A stretch of 64,000 nt of DNA. Origin: Candidatus Moanibacter sp. (GTDB lineage: Bacteria; Verrucomicrobiota; Verrucomicrobiia; Opitutales; UBA2987). Position 1 is the stretch's first letter. Each line of letters opens with the position of its first letter. The notes under the pieces are model-generated. The model saw only the letters and a program-made list of their open reading frames with translations, did not search any database and was not told the origin of the DNA. Both the position numbers and the translations under genes were made by a program. The DNA is taken from contig CBDCEW010000104.1 in NCBI GenBank assembly GCA_965215885.1, positions 64,001 through 128,000 on the forward strand, read 5' to 3'. This document shows, piece after piece, positions 20,697-30,916 of this stretch.

Positions 20697-21896
20697 ATGA
20701 ACTATCGCGACTCCGCTTTCCTTGGCAATCACATCCGCAGCATCATCGATTTTTATCATCCCGCATGTATTGACCGTGAGGTTGGCGGCTACATCAACCA
20801 GTTTCTGGATGATGGAACGATTTATGATCGAACAACCAAGCATCTCGTAGGAACCTGCCGATTCATCTACAACTACGCGATAGCCTGGTTGGTCCTTCAG
20901 GACGAAGAATATCGGGACGCTTCGGCCCATGGGTTAAGTTTTCTGCAGGAGGTCCATCGGCAGCCCGACGGAGGTTTCGCCTGGGTTCTACAGGGTCGAG
21001 AGGTTGAAGACGGGACGCGCCACTGCTACGGCCACGCTTTTGTCTTGCTGGCAGCAGCGGGCGCAGCTAAAGCGAGTGTTCCAGGCGCAAAAGAACTCAT
21101 TGCCGAGATTTATGATCTCCTTGAGACCCGTTTCTGGGAATCACCAGCCCAACTTTATGTCGACGAAATCGCAGTCGGTGATTGGAGCGCTATCTCGCCC
21201 TATCGTGGGCAAAACGCCAACATGCACATGTGTGAAGCTATGCTTTGTGCGTTCGAAGCGACGGGCGAAGCGCGCTATCTGGAGCGAGCCCACCTGTTGG
21301 CCAGACGTATCTGCGTGGAGTTGTCCGAGGCCTCAGATGGATTGGTCTGGGAACACTACGCGACCGATTGGAGCCATGATTGGGAATACAATTTAGACGA
21401 TCCGCGGAATCTGTTTCGGCCCTATGGCTATCTTCCCGGTCACTTTGTTGAATGGGCCAAGTTGCTCTTGATACTTGAACGTCACCGCCCGGAAGACTGG
21501 ATGGCACCCAAGGCGCAGCAACTCTTTGACGTGGCGATGGAGAAAAGTTGGGTCCATGAAGGCGGCGGGATGAACTACACCTTTTCCCCCGACGGACGCG
21601 TGCTTGACACGGATCGCTACTATTGGGTGCTTTCCGAGGCCTTCGCATCTGCCGCTGCGCTTGCCATCAGAACCGGTGATGACGATTATTGGGATTGGTA
21701 TGATAAGGTGTGGCAGTATGCGGACAGGCACCTCGTGGATCATGAATATGGTGGATGGTTCCGCGTCTTGAATGTTGAGAACCAGAAGTATAGCGATGAG
21801 AAAAGTCCGCCCTCCAAGACCGACTATCATCCGTTGGCCGCCTGCTATGAGACACTTGTTGCCATGAACCTTGCGGCTAAAGAGAAACTTCAATAA
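20697..21896 (+). CDS. AGE-family epimerase/isomerase (mannose isomerase/YihS-like)
   Basis: CYGHAFV, QNANMH, PGHFVEW, YYWV, KTDYH. Confidence 0.9.
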   Translation: MNYRDSAFLGNHIRSIIDFYHPACIDREVGGYINQFLDDGTIYDRTTKHLVGTCRFIYNYAIAWLVLQDEEYRDASAHGLSFLQEVHRQPDGGFAWVLQGREVEDGTRHCYGHAFVLLAAAGAAKASVPGAKELIAEIYDLLETRFWESPAQLYVDEIAVGDWSAISPYRGQNANMHMCEAMLCAFEATGEARYLERAHLLARRICVELSEASDGLVWEHYATDWSHDWEYNLDDPRNLFRPYGYLPGHFVEWAKLLLILERHRPEDWMAPKAQQLFDVAMEKSWVHEGGGMNYTFSPDGRVLDTDRYYWVLSEAFASAAALAIRTGDDDYWDWYDKVWQYADRHLVDHEYGGWFRVLNVENQKYSDEKSPPSKTDYHPLAACYETLVAMNLAAKEKLQ

Positions 21897-21918
21897 AATG
21901 TCGTGTTCCCTGGACCCG

Positions 21919-22100
21919 CTAGCCCGGACATTTCACACACTTCGTAGCGAGGTCGCGTAGATTGCTGCCTATCAATGCCTTTCCGCAGAACGGCGGGCGA
22001 CAGTGTGTTAGGACCCTCTGAGGTCGGCGGGCAAGGGAAGGCTTTGATGGGCGGTGAGATCCGCGGTCGTAGCAGAAGATTTGTGAAATGTTCGGGCTAG
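21919..22100 (+). mobile_element. MITE family 1, copy 2
   Basis: Same TIRs, CTAG ends and 182-bp length as 10888-11069. Confidence 0.9.
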
Positions 22101-22199
22101 CCCGCTTTTCTCACAAATTTCCGAGAAGACACTCCCGATAAAAAGATACCTTTCGACACTCTGCCGTACCGCAGAGCCGGCCAAAGAAAAGCGGGCTGA

Positions 22200-22637
22200 C
22201 TAACCGTGGAAGCTACTTTTCAATGCATCAAACCCGCCCTGAAATACGGCACCGCCAATTTGAGCTATCAGGCCCTCTTCTTCTTCTGGCGGACAGTTGA
22301 ATTCCGCGGTCCATTCAGCATAGGTTTCATGGCCATCGGTGATTGGCAAGAGGCGTAATGTGGAGACATAGTTTTCGACTGCCATTGGGGATTCCAGAAT
22401 TGAATAGGTGCAGAGGTAGTTTACATCGCTGAGAGTTAGCAACTGTTCTCGAATGTTCCCGCCATCTTCGAGATTGAAGTTTCTGATACAGCCAACTTTG
22501 TCACTGGGATCGCCATTCTCAATGTGGCTCCCGACAACAGCGGGATGCCAATCGGGCAAGGCATTAAAATCCCGCACCTTTGACCATACATCGTCGATGG
22601 GTGCGTTGATAACAGAACTTACAAAAACTTTTGCCAT
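22200..22637 (-). CDS. SRPBCC/polyketide cyclase family protein
   Basis: MAKVFVSSVINAPIDDVW..VRDFN.LP.WHP, IREQLL, WTAEF. Confidence 0.85.
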   Translation of the reverse strand: MAKVFVSSVINAPIDDVWSKVRDFNALPDWHPAVVGSHIENGDPSDKVGCIRNFNLEDGGNIREQLLTLSDVNYLCTYSILESPMAVENYVSTLRLLPITDGHETYAEWTAEFNCPPEEEEGLIAQIGGAVFQGGFDALKSSFHG

Positions 22638-22847
22638 AGTAATCTCTCCATTTGCCTTTTCAAAAGACTGGTATCTCCTGTAGAGAATTTCCGCAAGTGA
22701 ATCAAATGTGAAATTGCCAGATGTTCTCAATCGCCTTCGAGAGGGCGGAGTGATAGGTGTCATTTTTCGGGGAGTTTGAGATAAATCTGGAGAATTGTAA
22801 TTTTGACTGCAGACGGGAAGAATGCCTCGATTGCGAGCGCATTATTT

Positions 22848-24313
22848 ATGAACAGCCCGAAAGCAGGTTTTGTCGCTTTTCTCGTCGGTCTAACGGCTTG
22901 CTCCTCGCCCGCACCGGAGACTCCTGCGCCGCGCCTGGTGCTCGAAGACTGTTCGCGCGACGTGGGAATTGCCGAGGCGCAGTGTGGCGCGCTTGAGGTC
23001 TTTGAGGATCGAAGCGCCGGCACGGGCAGAAAAATCGCGCTGAATATCTTGGTGCTGCCGGCTGTCAATCGCGATCCGAAGCCGGACCCGCTCTTCTTTC
23101 TTGCAGGCGGGCCCGGCGTAGGCGCAACGGAGATTGCGAAGATGGTGAGTTCGGTTTTCCGGCAGACCAACCGCAAGCGGGATATCGTGCTGGTGGACCA
23201 GCGCGGCACAGGGTCCTCCAATCCTCTGGACTGCGGGTTTGACGAGCTGGATTTCGCCGCCCGCTTCGAGATCGAACCCCGAGTCGAAGAACTCCAAGCC
23301 TGCCTGGACAGCCTCGATGCGGACCCGCGTCTCTACACCACGCCGATCGCCATGGACGACCTCGAACGAGGTGCGCGAGGCCTTAGGGTACGAACTCGTT
23401 AACCTTTATGGCGGTTCCTATGGCACGCGAGCGGCCTTGGTCTATATGCGCCGCCATCCGCGGCACGTGCGTGCGGTCGTTCTCGATGGATTGGCGCCGC
23501 CTTCGATCAAGCTGCCGCTTAATATGGGAGAGGACGCGGCCGGCGAGCCCTCGATAGGATGCTGGCTGACTGCGAGGCGGAGGAGAGCTGCCGCGATGCA
23601 TTTCCCGATATCCGCACGAAGTTCAACGAATTATTAGAACGTCTCGAGAAGAAGCCGGAAAAGCTGGTTTTGCCAGATCCCCACACAGGCGCCGAGAGCG
23701 AGGTCGAGATCCACCGCCTGCTCGTGGCGGTCCTGGTGCGGGGAGCGCTCTACAGCACAGAGGCGAGTTCGTTGTTGCCCTTGCTGATCGAGCGCGCCCA
23801 CTCCGGCGACTTTCGTCCTCTCGTGGCCATGGGTGCATCTTGGGAAAGGGTCGAGTCCCTTATGAGCCAGGGCCTGTCGCTCTCGGTGGTGTGCAGCGAG
23901 GATGTGGCGATGATTTCACAGGAGGACCGTGAGCGGGCGCTTTCCGACAGCTTTTTTCGCGCGGAGTTGCTCGACCTTTTAAAAGAGGCCTGTGGCCCAA
24001 AGGAGAGTTGCCTGAAGGTTATCACGATCCGGTTGTCTCTGATTTGCCCGTGCTGCTGCTTTCTGGCGAATTCGATCCGGTGACGCCGCCGCGCTGGGGT
24101 GAGGAGGTCAGCAGCCATCTTTCGGCGGCGCGCCATATCGTGGTCCCCGGTGTAGGGCACGGCACGCTCGCCTACGGCTGCGTGCCCAGGCTCATGGACG
24201 AGTTCATTGAAAAAGGAAGCGCAGAAGAACTCGATGCCGCATGTGTCAACCGGCTGCACCGCCTTCCATTCTTCAGCAGCAATACCGGTCCCCGGGTTGG
24301 GAGGAAAAATTGA
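22848..24313 (+). pseudogene. TAP-like alpha/beta hydrolase lipoprotein with three frameshifts
   Basis: GGPG, DQRGTG, GGSYG, DPVTP, GH motifs spread over ORFs 22803-23402, 23239-23637, 23559-24083 and 24008-24313. Confidence 0.9.
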
Positions 24314-25041
24314 TAGAGGCTGAGAAAGTCCACAAGCGCTTCGGAAAGGTCATTGCTGTGGACGAGGTCTCTTTCACTGCGCCGGATGGGGTGGTTACGG
24401 GCCTGCTCGGCCCCAATGGCGCGGGCAAGACGACGACGCTGCGCATGCTCTACGGGCTGATTGCACCCGATGGCGGGCAGGTACGGGTCGATGGTATCGA
24501 TGTGGGCCGTGACCCGCTTGCGGCCCAGGCACGGATTGGGGTTTTACCGGACACACAGGGTCTCTATCAGCGATTCACAGCGCGCGAGCACGTACGTTAT
24601 TTCGGACAATTGCAGGGCTTGTGCGGAGATGAGCTGGAAGAGCGTACCGAGGAACTGATAGAGCTGCTTAACATGCGCGACATCGCCGACCGAAGGGCCC
24701 AGGGATTTTCCCACGGTGAGCGCATGAAGGTGGCTCTGGCGCGCGCCCTGGTGCACAGACCAAAGAATGTGCTCCTCGACGAGCCTACCAACGGCTTGGA
24801 CGTGATGAGTACCCGGGCAGTGCGCCAACTGATTCGCAGTATGCGCGACGAGGGCAGATGCGTGCTCTTTTCGAGTCATATCATGCAGGAGGTCTCCACT
24901 TTGTGCGACTCCATCGCGATCATTGCAGGTGGAAAAATCGTGGCGAATGGCACGCCCGATGAACTGTTGGAACAGAGCGGCCACAGAAATCTCGAGGACG
25001 CGTTTGTGGTTTTGAGCGGCATCGACGAGGCACCGGCATGA
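24310..25041 (+). CDS. ABC exporter ATP-binding protein (NatA-like)
   Basis: GPNGAGKTT, FSHGE, LLDEPT, SSH. Confidence 0.9.
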   Translation: MIEAEKVHKRFGKVIAVDEVSFTAPDGVVTGLLGPNGAGKTTTLRMLYGLIAPDGGQVRVDGIDVGRDPLAAQARIGVLPDTQGLYQRFTAREHVRYFGQLQGLCGDELEERTEELIELLNMRDIADRRAQGFSHGERMKVALARALVHRPKNVLLDEPTNGLDVMSTRAVRQLIRSMRDEGRCVLFSSHIMQEVSTLCDSIAIIAGGKIVANGTPDELLEQSGHRNLEDAFVVLSGIDEAPA

Positions 25042-26204
25042 ATGCGGTGAAGGTAGTGTTCCGCAAGGAGATGGTGGATGGTCTGCGCGACAGCCGCTCG
25101 CTCTTTTCCGCTCTTCTCTTTCCGATTTTGGGTCCCGCATTGATGATATTCATTTACAACATGGCCGCGGAAAAGGTGCGCGAGCCAGAGCAGTTGGAAC
25201 TGCCCGTCATCGGATCGGAGTATGCCCCGACTTTGATCGATTGGATGGATCAGAAGGATGTGGAGGTGGTCGAGGGGCCGGAGGATCCTCATGCAGCCGT
25301 TCGCGACCGCGAAGTCGATCTGGTGCTGGTGATCTCCGAGGATTTTGGCGATGATTTTGCCAAAGGCCGAACGGCCAAGGTCGAGTTGGTCATCGATAGT
25401 TCGAACGACGATGCAGGTCCCAAGGAGCGCAGGGTTCGGAGGGTGGTCGGCGCATATGAGAAACTAATAGGCAATCTTCGCCTGGTCGCCCGCGGGATCA
25501 GTCCCGAAGTGGTGAATCCGATAGAGATCGAGGAGGTAGAGATAGCCAGCTCGCAGAAACTATCCGCCAGAATCCTGAGATTCATTCCCATGTACGTGCT
25601 GCTGGCAGCTTTCATAGCGGGCATGAATATAGCGGTGGATGCAACGGCTGGCGAGCGCGAGCGCGGCTCACTCGAGTCCCTCTTGGTGAATCCCGTGACG
25701 CGCACGGCCATTGTCTTGGGTAAATGGCTGGCGGCCGTGGTATTCGCCTGCTTCGGGGTGTTGCTCACGCTTGGTTCCTGTCTGATCGGCCTCGAGCAGA
25801 TGACGCTGCGGGATATGGGCATGCGGTTCGATTTTGGGGTCTCAGAGGCAATCGGCATTCTGGCGGCCACCCTGCCCTTGTCTCTTCTGGCGGCAGGTCT
25901 TCAAGTGCTGGTCGCGACTTTTGCGCGCTCCTTCAAAGAGGCGCAGATGTATTTGTCGATGCTGATGTTCCTTCCGATGGTTCCCGGTATTACCTTCACC
26001 ATTCATTCGATCAGCAGCGAAGTCTGGATGTACCCCATTCCGATTGTGGGGCAGCAGGCATTGCTCACCGATGTGCTCAGCGGCGAGGCGCCAGGATTGG
26101 TGTTCTTCATTTTGGCGGGGCTTTCCTCCCTGCTGGCCGGCTTGCTCTGCGTAGGATTGACGGCAAAGCTGTTCCAGCGCGAAGGGATCATCTTTGGGCG
26201 ATGA
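25038..26204 (+). CDS. ABC exporter permease (NatB-like)
   Basis: KE..D.LRD, AGERERGSLE.LL..P, ARSFKEAQ; ATGA overlap with the ATPase gene. Confidence 0.9.
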   Translation: MNAVKVVFRKEMVDGLRDSRSLFSALLFPILGPALMIFIYNMAAEKVREPEQLELPVIGSEYAPTLIDWMDQKDVEVVEGPEDPHAAVRDREVDLVLVISEDFGDDFAKGRTAKVELVIDSSNDDAGPKERRVRRVVGAYEKLIGNLRLVARGISPEVVNPIEIEEVEIASSQKLSARILRFIPMYVLLAAFIAGMNIAVDATAGERERGSLESLLVNPVTRTAIVLGKWLAAVVFACFGVLLTLGSCLIGLEQMTLRDMGMRFDFGVSEAIGILAATLPLSLLAAGLQVLVATFARSFKEAQMYLSMLMFLPMVPGITFTIHSISSEVWMYPIPIVGQQALLTDVLSGEAPGLVFFILAGLSSLLAGLLCVGLTAKLFQREGIIFGR

Positions 26205-26254
26205 ACTTGGTAATTCTCGGTCCACGGCGGGCCGGGAAAGGGAGTTTTCATTAA
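26201..26254 (+). pseudogene. adk: Adenylate kinase N-terminal stub
   Basis: MNLVILGPRRAGKGS* resembles the Adk start M.lillGPPGAGKGT; translationally coupled to the permease stop. Confidence 0.6.
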
Positions 26255-26285
26255 GAAATTGATAAGGTCTTGCGTATTTGGTCTA

Positions 26286-27254
26286 TCAACCACGCTTGAG
26301 TACGGTCAGGTCTAAGGGATTGGACCAGGCCTTGGACCCGTCCGGTCCTATTACCTCGAATCGCGCCCACCGAGCGTTTGGTCTTAAGAGGAATTGGGCG
26401 GTCTCAAAGGTCTTTCCCGGCTCCCGGTATTCCACCCCGACGACATCGTGCACCGCAGCGACTCGCTGGGCCTCGGAGCATCGGACGGTCGCTTCGACTA
26501 CCCGCTTTTCGTCTCCCGGCTGGTCCACACGCCTCACTTGGATGTCGTGGATCTCGGGTCCGGTGCTGCCATAGCTAACGCCGTATCTGAGGGCTTCGCA
26601 CACAGCCTCAGTCGTGCGTTCCTTAACCCGCACCATGGTCCACCCCTGGTAGGTGTCCTTCTCCTCGTGATCGTAAGCGTGGGAATCGTCGTTGACCAGG
26701 GCGGGGTAGAGCCGGTTTTCCATTTCCATCCAATCGTCCCAATGCACCGACGACTCACCGCGTCCGTAGGTGCGACAGAGGGTATTAAATACTTCGATGC
26801 CGGCGAGCCCTCGCAGGGGCAGGGTGTCTCGCATGATTTTCACCGAACTCCAGTGGGGATGGGCCAGCCAGATGGAGCCGCCCTGCTCGTTGACGCGGTC
26901 GATCACGTGCTGTGGATGCATGTTTCCCGAATCCATGTCTTCGTGGATGTTCAGGCACAGAAAGTGGTGCTTCTTGCCGCCGAAAGGGTTTTCCGGATGC
27001 AATTCCGCGCCTTGCACGAGGACGAATTCGTCAGGCGCCTTGACGGTTTCGATTCGAGTGATGGTGTAGTGATCGGAGAGGCAGAGAAAGTCGTATCCCT
27101 GAGCGACATAGCCGTCGAGTCGTTCCTGTGGCGAGGGCCTTCCGTCCGAATTAGTGGTATGAGAATGCAGATTACCCTTGAGCCAGACATAACCTTCGTT
27201 CGCCTGCAGGTCAAAAGGGCTCCTTAGTTCATTAGCCGGTCTATTCGTTGCCAT
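26286..27254 (-). CDS. PHP-domain metallohydrolase (CehA/McbA-like)
   Basis: KGNLHSHT..SDG, SDH, AHP.WS, DDSH, STGP, AWSNP. Confidence 0.85.
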   Translation of the reverse strand: MATNRPANELRSPFDLQANEGYVWLKGNLHSHTTNSDGRPSPQERLDGYVAQGYDFLCLSDHYTITRIETVKAPDEFVLVQGAELHPENPFGGKKHHFLCLNIHEDMDSGNMHPQHVIDRVNEQGGSIWLAHPHWSSVKIMRDTLPLRGLAGIEVFNTLCRTYGRGESSVHWDDWMEMENRLYPALVNDDSHAYDHEEKDTYQGWTMVRVKERTTEAVCEALRYGVSYGSTGPEIHDIQVRRVDQPGDEKRVVEATVRCSEAQRVAAVHDVVGVEYREPGKTFETAQFLLRPNARWARFEVIGPDGSKAWSNPLDLTVLKRG

Positions 27255-27281
27255 GTGCGTGCTTCTCGAGTTATTGAAACA

Positions 27282-27485
27282 ATGGAATCAAGAGAGGAAG
27301 TCGATAGAATATACAACGATGTAATCAAAGCACTTCTGGATGTTACCATAGAAGACCCTCCCGTTGACTGTCCTGAATACCACTATGATGAGTATTATGC
27401 CGCCTATTTCCGTGATCCCGATGGAGCGAAGCTAGAGATGGTTTATGCGTCACCGGAGAATTCTAAGAGATATCGTCTAACCTGA
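27282..27485 (+). pseudogene. VOC/glyoxalase C-terminal fragment
   Basis: SREEVD, YYAAYFRDPDGAKLE; N-terminal half absent. Confidence 0.7.
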
Positions 27486-27588
27486 GGAAGGCGCGCGAAA
27501 AGCGTTGTTAAATGTTGCCTCAATCACCAGGCGACCAACTTGGGGAATATTCCGAAAAACCAAATCCGCTTTTTTGGCACATTAGATG

Positions 27589-27683
27589 CGTAAACCTTCA
27601 ATTCGGCTTTAATCTGATAGAGGATTCGGTAATTGCCTTGGCGAATCCGATATTTCTCTTCACCGGAAAGTTACTTCACGCTT
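27589..27683 (-). pseudogene. RelE/StbE toxin remnant
   Basis: SVK*LSGEEKYRIRQGNYRILYQI directly after the sulfatase stop. Confidence 0.7.
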
Positions 27684-27686
27684 CAT

Positions 27687-29201
27687 TCAGTCAATCGTTA
27701 CCTGGCTTCCCCACCAGTCTTCATTCGGCTGCCAATCAGGGTCCAGGTATTCGGCGTGTTGTACTTCGAGCTTTGGCATAAACTCCTGCTCCAGACTTTT
27801 CAATCTTGCTTCTTCTTTTTCAGGGTCGTATTGCGTGTCCGGAACGGGGAATCTGGCATCGACTTCGACGAGCCAGCCGTCCAAACGTTGGCGCAGCTCG
27901 GACGCCTTCTCCCCGTTGTCCGCAGACAGATCGTTCTGCTCACCAGGATCGGAATCCAGGTTGTACAGTTCATCATGACCATCTTCATGGTAGTGGATAA
28001 GTTTCCACGGGCCATTTCTGATGATCGATGAGGGGTCCCCTCCCTGGTTGCCGTAGTGTGGGTAGTGCCAGAATAGATCGCGTTCGGCCATCTCCCGGTC
28101 CTGCTCACCTTTCAACAGCGAAACCATGCTCCTGCCATCGATAACCTGCTCACGCGGGATGGGGATTCGGGCAAGCTCCATGATCGTAGGGTAGAAATCG
28201 ATCCCCGTAACCGGGACGTCACAGCTCGAACCGGGCTTAATCAGCTCCGGAAACCTGAAATAATACGGCTCACGAATTCCTCCCTCCCACTGGCGTCCCT
28301 TGCCACCTCTTAGCGGCAGCATGGAGGAAGAATAAGAATCGCCGGACGACACCCCGCCGTTGTCCGAGGTAAAACAGACGATCGTGTTTTCGGACAGTCC
28401 ATGCTGGTCCAGGGTATCGAGGACGAGGCCGACGGCGTCATCCATCGCCTCAATCATGCCCGCATAGATCGGGCAGTCTTGAACCTGCCGAACCGGTAAG
28501 TTTCTGTCGAAGACAAAACGTGAGTCAGTCGGTCCCCGAGCGATCGCTTTTCTCCGAAACTTCTCCCATCTCTCCCTGCTTGTCTGTATCGGCCCATGGA
28601 CCGAATAGAACGACAGATAGGCTAGGAATGGTTCATCCTTATTGTCGCCGATGAACTGCGACGTTTCCCGGCCAAGCCGCAAGGGAAGCGACTCTCCATC
28701 CGGACCAGGCTCGAGCTTCGGGTTGATCCACGGGGCAAAATAACCGCCTTTCGGCGAACCGATACTCCAGCCGCCCTTGTTGATTTCGAACCCAAAATCT
28801 TCAGGATAGGCTCCCTCATCCCCAAGATGCCATTTCCCCGCGAAAAAGGTTCGGTACCCCGAACGACGGAATGCTTCTGCAAAGGTGATCTCTCCTTCAC
28901 GAAGGCCGTGCTCGTACTCAGGGGGGAGCATCTTGTTGGACCGGCCGGCTTCTCTCCAGAGTTCGCCAGACCGTGCGCCGATCCAATCTGTAATTCCGTG
29001 CCTCGGCGGATACTTCCCTGTCAGAATGCTCGCACGTGACGGACTGCAGACCTGACAGGTCGCATAGCCCTGCGTAAATCGCATTCCCTCCAATGCGATG
29101 CGGTCGATGTTCGGGCTTTCATAGAAGCTACTGCCTCCCACTCCGAGATCACACCAACCCAGGTCGTCCGCCAGAATGAAAAGAAGATTGGGTCGTTTCA
29201 T
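27687..29201 (-). CDS. Sulfatase (S1 family, Cys-type)
   Basis: ADDLG, CSPSRAS.LTG, GKWHLG, SDNGG, EGGIR, ELYNL..DPGE. Confidence 0.95.
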   Translation of the reverse strand: MKRPNLLFILADDLGWCDLGVGGSSFYESPNIDRIALEGMRFTQGYATCQVCSPSRASILTGKYPPRHGITDWIGARSGELWREAGRSNKMLPPEYEHGLREGEITFAEAFRRSGYRTFFAGKWHLGDEGAYPEDFGFEINKGGWSIGSPKGGYFAPWINPKLEPGPDGESLPLRLGRETSQFIGDNKDEPFLAYLSFYSVHGPIQTSRERWEKFRRKAIARGPTDSRFVFDRNLPVRQVQDCPIYAGMIEAMDDAVGLVLDTLDQHGLSENTIVCFTSDNGGVSSGDSYSSSMLPLRGGKGRQWEGGIREPYYFRFPELIKPGSSCDVPVTGIDFYPTIMELARIPIPREQVIDGRSMVSLLKGEQDREMAERDLFWHYPHYGNQGGDPSSIIRNGPWKLIHYHEDGHDELYNLDSDPGEQNDLSADNGEKASELRQRLDGWLVEVDARFPVPDTQYDPEKEEARLKSLEQEFMPKLEVQHAEYLDPDWQPNEDWWGSQVTID

Positions 29202-29616
29202 ATATTTTATCCTTCGCTCTTCTTGCTAATTACGGAGTTTAAACAGACGTCCCCGGACCTGACTACGCACCGTCCAGCATCCCGCTGGGCAGAGCTACGG
29301 CGTGGCAAGGGGGCCGCCTGCCTCGGCGCAGTCGCGCATCGCGCTTCGTAGACGGGTTCCACCACTAATGTCTCTGCCGTACGGCAGAGTGGATCGGGCG
29401 CTCCGCGCACGATGATGCTGAGGGCAGGCCGCGCACGATGATGCTACCGGCTCCTCGCCCAAGTAAGCGTTTTCCTTCAACAGTTGTTCTGGCAGAAACC
29501 GCATCTATATTCTCCCTGAATCCTACAACCTTTTCACGATGACATTTTCTCAATTTCTCTCCTGCTATAAAATGGGTATTCAAATTTGTATGCGCATTCG
29601 TATGCCTCCGTCGACC

Positions 29617-29820
29617 TTAGATCACGATTAGGATCACGACAAGGGATCGAAAATGCCTCCCCTCTCTAATCGTGTCTCATAATCGTGATTTACAGTCGAT
29701 CTTTCTCTCCTTTCGAATTTAGATCACGATAGAAAATCTAAGCGGTCTCCAGTCTGCCATCGTGAATCCTAATCGTGATCTCCCGTCGATCGATTTCAGA
29801 TCACGATTAGGAGCTACGAC
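29617..29820. repeat. Cluster of degenerate short repeats GATCACGATTA / TAATCGTGAT in both orientations
   Basis: About eight copies visible in the intergenic region. Confidence 0.7.
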
Positions 29821-29892
29821 AGAAGGAGGAACTTATTCTCACTTTCCTTCGTCATTGACATCTATTTTTCACTGTCCTCACTACTACAACAT

Positions 29893-30735
29893 ATGCCGAC
29901 CGAAATGGAGGAGTATCTGTTCGATCTTCGTGGCTACCTGATGCTCGAGGGAGCGGTCGACGCGGAGCACCTTGTGGAGATAAATGCCATCGTCGATACT
30001 TACCGAGGCATGGAGCCAGGCGAATGGCGGGGTTGGGTGAGACGATCGCCGAACATCTCGACGAAGTTGAATCTTCACCAGGTGTTCGAGATGGGCGAGC
30101 CCTTCGAGCGGCTGATCGACCACCCCGCGTGGGTCGAGCGTATCAACCGGTTTGTGGGCGGAGACGATGGGCTTTTCATCGACGAATCATTTGTGGACGT
30201 CCGCGAAAGAAGCAGGGCCACACGACTCCACTCGGGAGCACACAAACGGCGCATCCGCACGCAGTTTCGGTATCACAACGGCCAGTTTCGGTGCGGGATA
30301 GTCAATATTCTGCTGGCTCTGACAGACGTGGGTCCCGGCGATGGCGCGACGATGGTGATTCCCGGCAGCCACAAGTCGAACATTATCCACCCCGCGTTTG
30401 GAAGCGGACAGATTGCTCCCGGGAAGGGTTCGGGAACAGACAAGAATCGAGAAGATACGGGATTGGAGGAGGTCGAGGGCGCCCTCGAGGTCCACTACAA
30501 GGCGGGCGACGCGCTTTTGTTCGTTGATTGTATGGCGCACGGTTCGGCCCAACGTATCAACGATGGCGAGCGCCGAATCGTGATTATTCGTTACGGTCCG
30601 CATTGGGGATTCGACCGCTACGGCTACCAGCCGTCACCCGAACTGATCGCCCGGTTAACCCCCGAGCGCCGAAAGATTATACAACCGCTGCCGCCACTCC
30701 AGCCGCCCGATCACCCTTCGATCTATCCCTCCTAA
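29893..30735 (+). CDS. PhyH-family Fe(II)/2OG oxygenase with an HxG motif
   Basis: YLFDLRGYL, LIDHP, LHSG, DGAT.VIPGSHK, AHGS. Confidence 0.85.
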   Translation: MPTEMEEYLFDLRGYLMLEGAVDAEHLVEINAIVDTYRGMEPGEWRGWVRRSPNISTKLNLHQVFEMGEPFERLIDHPAWVERINRFVGGDDGLFIDESFVDVRERSRATRLHSGAHKRRIRTQFRYHNGQFRCGIVNILLALTDVGPGDGATMVIPGSHKSNIIHPAFGSGQIAPGKGSGTDKNREDTGLEEVEGALEVHYKAGDALLFVDCMAHGSAQRINDGERRIVIIRYGPHWGFDRYGYQPSPELIARLTPERRKIIQPLPPLQPPDHPSIYPS

Positions 30736-30916
30736 ACTCTAGGTTGTAGCGGAAAGCGGCAGCTTTTCGTCTTCCAAGACGCTCTTGTTCCGAGCCCGCG
30801 CGATAAGCCGAGCGCTCGAAAGACGATTTCCTATGAATCATCGGTTGCGACAACGGGGCGATAGAAAAGGCGCATAGTGGCCATGGCGTCGATGGGTTCG
30901 TTGTTGGATTCCTGTT

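Noticed and set aside
29365..29600. Second four-helix-bundle remnant
   Set aside because: Only a weak EGKRLL resemblance; too degraded to call
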